From assembly GCA_002104945.1 (NCBI GenBank), contig MCFH01000020.1:62001-126000 (forward strand): DNA of 64,000 nt. Direction: 5' to 3'. This stretch comes from Piromyces finnis finn. Lineage: Eukaryota; Fungi; Neocallimastigomycota. The notes beneath the pieces are model-generated. The model saw only the letters and a program-made list of their open reading frames with translations, was not told the origin of the DNA and ran no database searches. Shown here one piece after another: positions 45,866-58,100 of the stretch. Every line of letters begins with the position of its first letter. The first letter of the stretch is position 1. Made by a program: the position numbers and the translations under genes.

Positions 45866-47324
45866 ATGGCTGTTAGAGATAGACTACTTGAACTTGAATA
45901 TAATGATGTAAATTTTTAGTTTAAAGTATTTTTTATTTAATATATAATTATTAAATATGGTTAATAATATTATTAATATGCTATAGGAAGGAAGTTCTCA
46001 AACTTTGTACGAAGTTGATATTGAAGACAAAGATAGAAATTATGATCAATTGTTTTTTGATAAGGTATTTTTAATAATTATAATATATATATATATAAAT
46101 ATAATAAATAAAATATATAAATTAACAATAAATAGATAAATCAACTGAAAACAAATCTTAGTGGATGTTATGATCATGTTAATACCATAAAGGAATTTCA
46201 AAAAAGAGCATTACTAAGCATGTTTAAAGATTCTGATATAGGTATTATAATTTTATACTTTTAAAAGAATACATTAATTTTACATAAAAAATTAATTTTT
46301 CTATCAATATAAAATTAATATAAAGCTAGAACAAATGACTTGATTGATAATTTAATAAATACGACAAATTCAAAAATACAATTTATAATTAATGAAATTA
46401 AAGGTATTAAATTATGGAATTGTTTCAAATAATATTAATATGAGTAAACTTTACTATATTATTATGTAATAACCCTTATTTTATTTGTAGGCTTAGACTA
46501 TGATACATGTAGAAAAAATTTTACTGAATCAGAAGTTTTAATGAGAAAGTCCCAACAAAAAATAATGATGAATAAAGTTAAAGACTTTATCAAAGAGTTT
46601 ACAATGATTCAGCAAGAATATGAAAAACAGATACAAGAAAGAATTATTAGACAACATAATATTGTTAATCCTAATGAAGCTTTTAATAGTAAAGAAAATA
46701 ATTATAGTCAATATCAAGTATTTGCAGATGAGGTAAATCAAAAATAATATAATTTTTAATTAACTTATTTTTTAAAATTCTTACAGAAATTATATATAAC
46801 AATATTAGATTTTATCATCGAAATTGAATAATAACAAAAGAAAACAAAATGAAGCTCAATCAATATACAAAAATATGAAAGCTATTGAAAAATCCATTAC
46901 TGTTAGTATTTGAGCATCCAATAATACTTAAAAAATATACTATGAAACACAAGTAACAATAAATAAAAAATTAATTTTTTTTTTGACGATTAATACATTA
47001 CAGGACTTATTTACACTTTCCAAAGAAATTCAAATTATGCTTGAAAGTCAAAATGAAAAAATTAATGAAGTTACTGTTAAAATAGAGGATGCAAATAATG
47101 ACATAGAAGAAGGAAATGAAGAATTAGCATCAGCAATAGAAAAAGGAAAATCAATAAGAAGGGTAAAATTAAAATGATAATAAAATTGTTTCTTCCTAAT
47201 TAACTATTATTGTTAATTTTGCATTATTTTTATATCAATATAGACATATAAATATATTACGTATATAGTAGCATCCATAGCATCTATTGCAATCATTTAT
47301 CTTGCCTTAATATTTTTAGTATAA
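45866..47324 (+). CDS. Syntaxin (Qa t-SNARE), Sso/syntaxin-1-like, divergent; multi-exon
   Basis: MAVRDRLLEL N-peptide; Habc-like 'FIKEFTMIQQEYEKQIQERIIRQHNIVNP'; SNARE helix 'LQDLFTLSKEIQIMLESQNEKINEV..KIEDA...IEEGNEELASA'; terminal transmembrane exon (YIVASIASIAIIYLALIFLV*). Confidence 0.82.
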
Positions 47325-47572
47325 ATTTAATAATATATATTTTATAACACATGATATGTTTATATATATTTCAATAAAAGGTTTAAATAAAAAATCTATT
47401 ATTAAATAATAACAATAATAATAACTGTAATAATATATTTATAAATAAAATACCAATTATACCAAACTTTTAATTTTTTATATTTTTTTAGTTTTTTCTT
47501 TTTTTTTTTATTTGATATTTATATTATGAAAAAGAAAAATAATAGTTTTTTAAATATACGATAAATTGATGA

Positions 47573-49126
47573 TTATTGTTCAAAATTTTTGTTATATATA
47601 CCTCTTGATTCAATAATTCTAGAGGATATAGTACTAACTTTCTCATTTTTTTTCAAATTCCAATTGTTAATATAATCATTACACTCCCAAATAACTAAGT
47701 TTCCAAGTTCACTAGCAGCAATTAAAGTTTTTATTTTTGTAGTACCAATTTTATAATTATGCATTTTCAAAACATTAATACCATTAACAAGATCTTTTAT
47801 TTGATTTGGATAACATATTACATCAATTAATAATTGTTCTCTTTTTTCATTTCCAGGTTCTTCTAATCCTCCTAAATAATGGACAGCTATTGAACCATCA
47901 AGACAACCAGTTATTAAGAAACCTTCAGGCATAATATTAAATGAAGTTACAACATTTTGATGCCAATCTATTTGATAAAGTATTTCCGGTTTTGATATAA
48001 TTTTACGTATTTTTGTATTAATTACTGGATAATTGATAACATTAATCTTCCCATCAACACCAGATGTAATAATTTTTTTCCCATTAGGATAAACTTCAAT
48101 ACCAGATATTCCTAATTCATGAATTTTTTCTAAAACAAATACAGCTTTTTGTCTTATTGGTTGATTATTTGTTTGTCGACCTCCATCAATAGCCCAAATT
48201 TTTATTGTTCCATCCATTCGAGCTGATGAAATTAAAAATAAAGATGCTATATCCTGTATTACTTCACCTGTTTCAGTATCATATTTAATTCCTTCTTTTC
48301 CATGAATATTAAAAAATCTTAAGCATTGACATGCACCTGTATGTGCATTACTCATAATCATATGTTGCCGTTTATTCACCCAATCCCAAATTATAATTGA
48401 TCCCCTTCGATATCCAGCTGCAATATATACAGCATTCTCTATGTTTTTATTCTTATCACTAAATCTAATTGGAGCACTTTGTAATGATACTACAGGACCT
48501 TGTTTTTCTTCTAATTCGCAAAGTAAAGAATGACGGATATTTTTTCTCATATTTGAAGTCATTGTCCTTCTTAATGTGGCTGATGTTTCTTTATTATTTG
48601 GTATTGACCAAATTTTAATTTTTCCTTCATAATCACCAATTGCAACTTGGAATTCAGTATCAGTTTTTTTCAGTAAATTCATATCAGAAATACTATATCC
48701 TGTTGGAACAGTCATCAATGATGCAGCATAACCCGTACCTCTAGATTCACCATTTCCAAGTTCAATGCACTTTACTTGACCATTATCCCACAAACAACAT
48801 CTTCCATCCATACCTCCAGAAAGAACCCTTCCATCATCAAAAAAAATACAACATGTTACCCATTCTGAATGACCATATAGTTTTGTGTATAAATTTTTTG
48901 TTACTGTTCCTGTTTTAATATCTACAACCTTTTATAATAAATAATTATTATTAAGTAATAATTATAGAAATTTTGTATTAAATTAAATTATATATTATTT
49001 TTTATTTACCTTAAGACCATGGTCTGCACCACCACATACTATATAAGGAGTATCATTTCTTAAATCCATACATAGTAAAGACCGATCAGATAAATCAATG
49101 TTATATTTTGGTTTTTTTTTATCCAT
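47573..49126 (-). CDS. WD40-repeat protein; 2 exons
   Basis: First exon MDKKKPKYNIDLSDRSLLCMD...GGADHGLK joins the 412-aa ORF frame through YGHSEWVTCCIF...GGMDGRCCLWD. Several GH...WD-like repeats (GDYEGKIKIWS, GSIIIWD, DGTIKIWA). Confidence 0.85.
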
Positions 49127-49558
49127 TTTCTTTCTTTATTATTTGTATTATTAAATTAAATAAATGTATATTACAAAAAATAAAAACGAATACTACAATA
49201 TAAAAACTATTTAAAAGATCTTTAATTAAATACATTAATTATTAATATAAACAAAGTTTAAATTAGAGATAATTCAATTTTTATAAATATAATTAGAGTT
49301 TAAATTAAGATGAAATATTGTTACCCCAAATTAAAATATAAAGAAATTTTTTGAAAAACAATTGAAAAAAAAATCTTATTTTTATTATTTTAATATCATT
49401 TTTATAATGATATAAAAAATTAATTTTACATATTCCTTTAATAAAGGATAAATATTCATTATTTGAATTGTATAATTTTTTAATATAATTTTTTAATATT
49501 TTATTTGGGTATCTATTAAATATACATAATAATCATATATTTCTTATTATAATATGAT

Positions 49559-50328
49559 TTAAGCTTTCTCCTTTTTTTCAGCTTTTTCTTCTTTTTCCTT
49601 CATTAATTTTCTTTTTTTACTTTCTTTTTGCATTTGGCGTTTCTTACGACGCTTTTCAGTTTTCTTGTCTTCTATTTCCTTTAATTTATTCATTTTTTCA
49701 TTAAATTCTTTCTGCTCTTGTTCCTGTTAATTTATTTAAATTTGATTTAAATTAATAAATTAATTTATAAATATAAATTTTAATGATAATAGATATAAAG
49801 TTATTTTATAAAAATATTGTTAAAGATTATATTTAAAAAAAAATTTTTTTTTTTGATTATAAATAATTTACCTTTTTAATTTCTTCATCCATTAACTTTA
49901 ATCTCATTAATTCTTTTCTTCTTAATGCTCTATATACATGAAATTCTCCACTACCAGCGCCAGCACTTGAACCTTAATAATTCAAAAATCAAACAAATAT
50001 AAAATATAAAAAATAAAAATCATGAATATATATATAATAACATTTTTAATTTTTGTAGATGATTTGAATATAATAATACGCTTTTTCATAAATATGAGAT
50101 TTTCATTATACCTTGAATATTTCTTATAAAATCTTTTGGGGGTTTTAATACAAATTCTTTATTTTCTGGAATTACAATTGGCTTGTCAATCCTTTTCATT
50201 AAATTTTCTACTTGTACTTTTTGGATTCCCTTAGCAGTTCTAGCTATTTTAGACTCTTCTTTTTCATTATTTTTATTCATTTCTTCTGATGGATTTTTAT
50301 TATCTAGTTTACTCATCTTTTCATACAT
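49559..50328 (-). CDS. PRKRIP1: PRKR-interacting protein 1 homolog (DUF1168 spliceosomal factor); 3 exons
   Basis: Spliced '[33 protein letters not shown]' signature, followed by a charged coiled coil with '[11 protein letters not shown]'. Confidence 0.9.
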
Positions 50329-51003
50329 CAATATAAAGAAAGTAACTTTTTAATTTACAATTTTTATAAAGTTGAATACAAAATAAATGTTAGCATCCAA
50401 TCATTTTTGATCATCCAATACATTATATGTATCAACAATTTCTTAAAAGATTAAAGTTTTTAGTAACATAATTATAATTGAAAACTGGTAATTTTTTTAA
50501 AAAAAAAAAAAGATGAATAGTAAATTTTATATATAGATTTTCCATTAAAAATATTGAAAATTAAATTTTGCATCTTTTTTAAAAAAAAAAAAAATAATAA
50601 TAATAACTAAAATATTTAATATATTCAAATTTTCACCTCAGCAATCAGATATTTAAAAGGAAAAATATTATATCTTTCAAAAACACAATATGAGTTTAAT
50701 AATTTTACAATAAATACATTATAATATATTTTAAGATTTTTTAAAAAAAAAGAAAAAAGGAAGATACATATACATAAGAAATAAAGATTTAAAGTTTTCA
50801 TACTATTATAAACTAAAAATAATATTATTATAATACCTATATTAACTAAAAATTATAAAAAGTATGTTTTTTTATTTATGTATAATTTAAGATTTATTCA
50901 GTATATCTCTTGTTGACTTTTATGTTGAGCAAATATAATAATTTCAATTCAATAAAAAAGTTAGTTTATTTTATTTATTTATTATTACCATGTAGATTTT
51001 ATT

Positions 51004-51199
<196 letters not shown>

Positions 51200-51841
51200 A
51201 AAATTTGATTTTACTCGTTATTTTAATAAAATACAACTCTATTTTCTATATATGTTAACGTTTTTATTAAATGAATAACATTTGAGTTTTTTATATATTT
51301 ATTGAATTCGACGATCTAAATAATTATATTTAATTTTTTCTATATGAATAAAGTTAAACTTTTCTAATATTCTTTAGTATTATAATTTTAAAAATATATA
51401 AAATTAATAAAAATTTTTAACTTTAAAAAAACAAAAAAAGTAAGAAAGCATAAAAATATCAACTATGGCTACGCTATTACTAGATAAAATAAATATAACT
51501 AAAAAGTATATAAAAGGAATAATCTATTCAAAATTATTTATTTTTATAGAAACTTTTTAAATATTAATTCTTTATATTTGTATGTATTCAATAATAATAT
51601 TTTATAAAATAAATTATTAAGGGTGTATAAAAAAAACAAAAAATAAACAAAAATATAATAAATATAATAAATATAATAAATACTATAATAAGAAAAGAAA
51701 TATTATTTTATTTTATGTTAAGTAAATTTATTTTTAAATTACTTAACTAACAAATGTTTATTTTATATTAAATAATTTAATAGGTACATTTTGTTTTGTT
51801 ATTTATTTAATATTTAATAGAGTTTTTACATATAATAAAAA

Positions 51842-53530
51842 ATGAAATTTATTAATAAATTAATTTTAATCGCTGCCCTTTGTAAATTAAAGGCTAAAGC
51901 TGACCAAGGTATTATTGGTAATCTTGCTTTCTATGGCCGTGGTCAAAGACATCTTCCAAACTACTGGAATGATATTGATAAAATTAGAGGTTCCAAGAAT
52001 GCAAAGGTTTACTTCCCATACAATAAATCTGATGAAAGCGCTGATACCGATGCTGATGCTACTGGTGAAACAATATCTACCGATATTACTGATAATGCAA
52101 AAAATAATCCATTAGTTTTATACTTACCAGGAGCACCAAAGGATAGATACTCTAAACTTGACTTCTATGTTATTAATGATGAAAGAAGTATTGATCTTAC
52201 TAGTTTCCATAGAATAAAGTCTGAAATTAAATTAGTTGCCCCAAATGCTGAAGATTTAATTTCAGAAGGCTACACCTGTGAAAGTCTTGGACTTTCATGT
52301 AATGATTTAAAAAGCTACGATTTTGATGCCAATGCTAGTGAATGGTTATCAAATGTTGACATTAGATTATTTTTAGAATCTGAAGAAGCTAACAATGATG
52401 ATACTTATGATGATGAAGAAGATAAAATCTTATTCCACTATGAAATTGTTGGTGAATCAAATCCATCTAACGAATGGAGTGAATATGTTGGTAGTATTAA
52501 CAAAGCTTCCTTAATTAACTCTGAATTAGTTTACACTGATTTTGTATTCAGAAACTATGGTAAAATGCCAGTTTATGTTTACATCGGTAATACTATTTTC
52601 TTAAAGAAAGATCCAACTGATATGGTTAGAGAAGGTACTATTCAAAATAACTTTGCAAACTGGAGTTGGCATCAAAATACAGCTAACAAGACAGCTACTT
52701 ACTACGGAGATTCTGTTTATCCAGAAGATCCAGAAAAGAAGCCATGTGTAAAGTTTGTTGCCGAAGAAGATGGTGATTTTGCTTATTATGTTCACATTGA
52801 AAACGGTATCTCCGCTCCACCAGAAGGTGTTTCTTTCAGTATTCGTCCAATGAATGATAACAAATTTAAGTTCAAGATTGATAACAAAAAGGAATTCAAT
52901 TTAACTTCAGATTATTTAATTCACAGAAATTGTAAAATTCCAATTGGTGAAGAAACTAAATTCCTTGTTGATGTTCGTTCTTTAGTATATTCTGATCCAA
53001 AGTTCATGTTAATGAATGATATTTCTGGTTTCTGGCTCCAAACTATTTCTGCCATTAAAGACATAAAGAAACAATTATTAGAAGATGTAGGCGAAAAAGA
53101 AGCTAATGAATACAAAGATGTCTTATACTTCTACAATTTCACTCTTCATCATACATATCCAGAAGATACTTCAATGTACGTCAAGCAAAAATTATTTGAA
53201 GATGGTAATGAATGTAGTCTTAAGTTAGAAACTCACGAAGATTGGGGTAATCCAGACAACGTTAACGAAGCCAATCCAGTAATTCAATGGCCAGATGATC
53301 TTTCATTTGATACTATTTTCAATTCTAAGAACTCCGTTGATGTAATTGAAAGCAATGACTTATATGCTGAAGGAGAAGATCAAGAAAAACCACAAGACCA
53401 AGGAAATAGTACTCAAAGTACCAATAGTACTACACCAGGTAACAATAATGAAAAGGATTCCTCTGCAAATCTTACTAAACCATTTGTTACTTTATTCTTA
53501 CTTTCTGCTGTTTTAGCTTTCTTCATGTAA
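51842..53530 (+). CDS. Secreted, probably GPI-anchored surface protein of unknown family (562 aa, intronless); paralog A
   Basis: N-terminal signal peptide; S/T/N-rich linker (STQSTNSTTPGNNN) before a C-terminal hydrophobic tail (FVTLFLLSAVLAFFM). Colinear similarity to 60714-62261. Confidence 0.85.
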   Translation: MKFINKLILIAALCKLKAKADQGIIGNLAFYGRGQRHLPNYWNDIDKIRGSKNAKVYFPYNKSDESADTDADATGETISTDITDNAKNNPLVLYLPGAPKDRYSKLDFYVINDERSIDLTSFHRIKSEIKLVAPNAEDLISEGYTCESLGLSCNDLKSYDFDANASEWLSNVDIRLFLESEEANNDDTYDDEEDKILFHYEIVGESNPSNEWSEYVGSINKASLINSELVYTDFVFRNYGKMPVYVYIGNTIFLKKDPTDMVREGTIQNNFANWSWHQNTANKTATYYGDSVYPEDPEKKPCVKFVAEEDGDFAYYVHIENGISAPPEGVSFSIRPMNDNKFKFKIDNKKEFNLTSDYLIHRNCKIPIGEETKFLVDVRSLVYSDPKFMLMNDISGFWLQTISAIKDIKKQLLEDVGEKEANEYKDVLYFYNFTLHHTYPEDTSMYVKQKLFEDGNECSLKLETHEDWGNPDNVNEANPVIQWPDDLSFDTIFNSKNSVDVIESNDLYAEGEDQEKPQDQGNSTQSTNSTTPGNNNEKDSSANLTKPFVTLFLLSAVLAFFM

Positions 53531-53935
53531 AGGAACTATATATAAAAGAAAAGAAATTATTTAAAAATTTCAATATAAAATTATAAATAGTAAATAGTAA
53601 ATAGCAACATTATATTGTAAATGCAATGTATTAAAAAAAACAAACAAATTTAAACAGAATAATATTAATAAAAATATTTTTTCATAATTAAATTTTTAAA
53701 AAATGATGTAATATAAAATATGGATTTAATATAAATTTGTTTTGTGTATAATGTATATTTATCCTTAAAAATGAGGAAACAATATATAATTTTTAAAATC
53801 TTTTTGCGATTATTTTTTTCCTAAGTATTTATGGGGTTAATAAACTAAAATATTTTTTTCTTCATTAAATTATAATAAAAAAAAAAGTTTTTTAATAAGA
53901 TTAAATAATTATAAATTAATTTTTTGTAAACTACA

Positions 53936-54116
53936 GGTGTCCCATTGAAAGTCAAATACAATTATTGTACTTTAGTATAATAGTGGCTTTCTTACTTTAA
54001 TTAAAATTACTAAAATGCATTATACCCAATTTTTATTCATTTAAACATATTTTTTATTTTTATTTTTTTATTTTTATTTTTAATCTCATTTTTTATAACA
54101 TGACATGTATCATAAT
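53936..54116 (+). mobile_element. 5'-truncated stub (~180 bp) of the 3' UTR of the adjacent LINE family
   Basis: Direct repeat of 59643-59818, with 5 substitutions in the first ~105 nt plus indels further on. Confidence 0.75.
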
Positions 54117-54215
54117 AAAATCACACAAATTAAATGTATTGAGGAAAAGGAATCTATTCTCAGTCATAATAAATTCCAAATTCTTTCAGCAAAATTCAAC
54201 GATCCTAATGTTTCT

Positions 54216-54460
54216 CCCTCTTGGGAACGTGCCTTCATTTATTTAATAAATGTAGTTTCTCAAGGGGGTCTACTCATGCTCATGGTACTGAGAGAGTAGG
54301 AAGAATTAAATCCAAGTATTGCGCAATGGATGCTTGGTGCCCTCTTAGGAACATGCCTTCATTCATTTAATAATGGAGTTTATCAAGGGGGTCTACTCAT
54401 GCTCATGGTACTGAGAGAGTAGAAAGAATTAAATCCAAGCATTGCGCAATGGATGCTTGG
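54216..54460 (+). repeat. Two tandem ~124-bp monomers in the LINE 5' region
   Basis: Units 54216-54339 and 54340-54460 are near-identical. The core motif GCTCATGGTACTGAG recurs a third time at 54492-54506. Confidence 0.9.
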
Positions 54461-55107
54461 TTAGTCTTTAAGGGAAAATTATTAGGACTAAGCTCATGGT
54501 ACTGAGCGATTAAAAAACATTTTATTCATCGAATTTAAGTATTTGATGAATAAGTTGAATGTTTGATATTCAGGTAAGTTTGTATAGTATTTAATTAGAA
54601 GAGTAATACATTTTGTTGCTGTATTTTTTTCTTTTATTCATGTATTCATGTAGTACTACTCTTCTCTTGTAAGAATCCAATGTAGTCAACTTTAGCATTT
54701 GCATTGTATTTTTATATTCATGTAGCTATTGTTGTATTGTTTCTTGTAAGAGACTGATTCACTCTACATCATGTAAAAATACTATTCACAAGCTTTCTGG
54801 TGTCGACATTCTTGATTCAAATTTTTTACCAATTTAAATATTTAATGAAAAGTAAAGTCAAACAATTTTAGTGTCAAAAAGCGAATCGAATTTACTAACA
54901 ACAAACCAAAACTAGAATTTTTAAAGAAAATTTACAACTAGAATTCAAAAAAAAGAAACTTTAAACAAAGCATCGTAACAATTTTTGTACTATCCAGTAC
55001 TTTTAAGAAGAGAGAGAGAGACAGATTTTTTTTCCATATACGTTATATTTGTAATTTTTATTAGTATTTATTTTATATTCAATTTTTTTTAATTAGAATT
55101 AATTATC

Positions 55108-58100
55108 ATGTCAGTCCTTTATATTAAAGATAAGAATTATATCAGACGTGGTACCCGGTCTTATGGTATCCCCTTAGATGATATTCGCTCCTTCTTTATC
55201 CGTGGTATTCGATCATGGTCAGTAAATATGCTATGGGAAAAACTCGAGGTTATTCTAGAAGATAAATTTAATTCAGTTATTAGTGTTAAATATTTTCAGA
55301 CTTTCAATGATCACTTTTTCTTAGTCAAGGTTCATGGTTCATCGAAAGATTGTATTAAAATCTTACACATGTTAAAGAAGAAACTTTCAGTTACCTCAAT
55401 TTCCTTTTCAGCTCGTAGTAGAAGGAATTACAAATACACTTTTTCCACACTCAAACGTAAAATTTTAGTTTCTAATAAACATCAACATTCTATTCAACAA
55501 TCATTTCAACAATCAGTTCAACAATCTCATCAACAATCCGATCTTCAACAAGTTTCCCATCATGAAAATATTCCAGATCTACAGCAAACACAATTTCAAT
55601 CTCAACATTCAACAATTAATTCTAATAGTTCTATCAACTCTGATAACAGTTCAATAGTTGATAGTTCTTCAGTTTCACAGCCATCTAGTAATAGTTCTAC
55701 TTATTCCTCTGATGCATCATCCATTAATAACGATGACTTTAATAATAATAATAATAGCAACGATTCTTCCTCATCCAACAAGCCTGATAACTTTTCTTTT
55801 TGTCTTAGTTGGAACACCAATGGGTGGAATCACGAAAAGAGAGATAGTATTAGCTATTTCACAGCTATTTTCAAACCATTATTTTTATGTTTCCAAGAAA
55901 CTGGTAATGGTTCTGGATCGAATACAGATTATCCTTGTCGTGTTACTTTGCGAAACTATAGACACTTTTTCAAGAAAGCTGACGAATCAGTTCCGGGAAT
56001 GAGAGGTTTATATTTAGGTTTTCACAATTCGTGTCAAGTCTCACTTGAAAACTTCTCTGGAAAGTATATTATTTCTATTTATGCTTTTAGTCTCTGGAAT
56101 AGATTCAAATGCTCGATTGGTAATGTTTATATGCCTCATAGTCATCACAACATCTATGTTGATCATGCAAAGTTAGAAGTTCGCTTGTGGTTACAAACTC
56201 ATTCATCCCATCCATCGATTCTTGTTGGTGATTTTAATATGTCTAAAGTAAAATTATCCAACTGGTTATCAACTAATGGATTAGGAGATTGGGAAATTCT
56301 TCCGCTTAGAGGGTCGACTATCTCTTGGACTCGAGGTGATCAATCTTCCGACATTGACCATGCTCTTATCAATTCGAAGATGAAAGATCTTATTCACTCA
56401 GGATCATTTATAAATAATTTTTATCCTGTATCAGACCATAAGCCACTTCTTATTAATGGTAAAATTATTCCTATGGAAGATTTTTCTAATAACTTTAATG
56501 TTCCTAAGAAAATTCTGAAATGGAATAGATTAAAATGTATTGAGGAAAAGGAATCTATTCTCAATCATAATAAATTCCAAATACTTTCAGCAAAATTCAA
56601 CGATCCTAATGTTTCTACAGATGAACTTTCCAAAGAGTTTACTTCAACTGCTTTTTCAATTGCAGACGAGCTCAGTATTACCTCAGCAAATAATGTTATA
56701 AAGTCTTCATTTCATATTTCACAACAAATTTTTAATCTCCAAAAAATCAAAATGAAGTTGTATAAGAGATTTAAAAAAGAAAGAATTTATGATATAGATG
56801 AATTTATTAAAAGAATTAAAATCTACCGTAAGCTCATTGATTACATCCACAAAAGATGTAATGAATTTAGGAAGCAAGAATATCTTCATTGGATTAAAAC
56901 AGGATGTGAGTATATGAAGAGTCATAATCCTAAGAAGGCCTGGAAATGGATCAAGAAAACTGCAAAAATTGGAAAAGATTCTTTCTTTATTGCTCAACCA
57001 ATTAAAAATAAAAATGGAGAATTAGTTGTTGCTACAGAAGAACAACTTGAAGTGTGGCATGATCATTTCGAAAAGCTTGCATCAGATCCAAGTGGTGTAA
57101 GTCTTGATTTGGAACATTGGTATGAAGAACCAACGAATAAACGTTTTTCACTTCCTATGCTTGATGAATGGGATATCAACCAAGATATTAGTATTGATGA
57201 AGTCAAGTCAGCTATCCTCTCTACTCCAAATTATAAAGCATCAGGTCCGGATGGTATTCCAATTGAATTTTACAAAGCATTAATTCCATCAAGTAATGAT
57301 TCTAATAATGCTACAAATAATAATTCTTCTGGTAATACCACTTCAGATAATGATGCTCATGGTTTAAATTTTATTCTTAAATTATTCAACCGTATTTGGG
57401 ATGGAGATTTCCCCAACTCATGGAATGAATCCAGTATTGTTTCTATTCCTAAGAAGGGAGATTTGACAGATTGTGATAACTATCGAGGTATATCACTTAT
57501 CAATAATGGTATTAAGTTGATTTCCAAAATTGTCACCACTAGAATCTCAGAATATGGTTTAAAGAATAATTTCATTAGACCTGAACAATTTGGTTTTCGA
57601 AAAAAGGAAGAAAGTATCAGTCTTTTCATTTCAATCCAAGAAATATGCCGTAGACGTCAATTAGATAATAAAGAGACATATTTGGCCTTTTTAGATCTCA
57701 GGAAAGCATACGATTCAGTCCCAATCGGTAATATTCTCCATAAATTAGATTGTTTAGGAATCCGAGGTAAGAGTTTACAATTCATCAAAAATTTATATTT
57801 AACATCGAAGGCTAATGTCAAATTAGATGGACAGTTCTCGAAATCTTTTGATGTGAAGAAAGGAGTCCGTCAAGGATGCCCTCTTTCTCCTATTCTCTTT
57901 AATCTCTTTATTAATGATATATTTAAAGAGTGCGAAGATCTTGGAGTCAGTTTAGGTGACACTCGATGCTGTGGTGGACTTTTTGCAGATGATATAGTTA
58001 TTTGTGCTCCAACAAGAGGATACTTAAAAAAGATGCTTAGAAAAGTTAATGAATGGGCATTGTATAATGAAATGGAATTTGGTATCCAGAAGTGTTCAAC

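Noticed and set aside
50394-50419. Two CATCCAAT motifs (CCAAT boxes) upstream of PRKRIP1
   Set aside because: The motifs are short and plausible by chance, and there is no transcription-start information.
54105-54299. 64-aa ORF resembling part of the LINE protein
   Set aside because: It arises from the duplicated internal fragment plus monomer sequence and is not an independent gene.
53936-54460. RIP-like mutation signature among the repeats (mostly transitions)
   Set aside because: Too few substitutions, and they occur in both directions, so they cannot be distinguished from ordinary transition bias.
54216-54507. CRISPR-like array, or canonical hammerhead, twister or HDV ribozyme
   Set aside because: There are only two near-identical full units with no unique spacers, in a eukaryotic context. 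No CUGANGA/GAAA core or twister/HDV catalytic motifs were found by eye; a covariance-model search is still needed.
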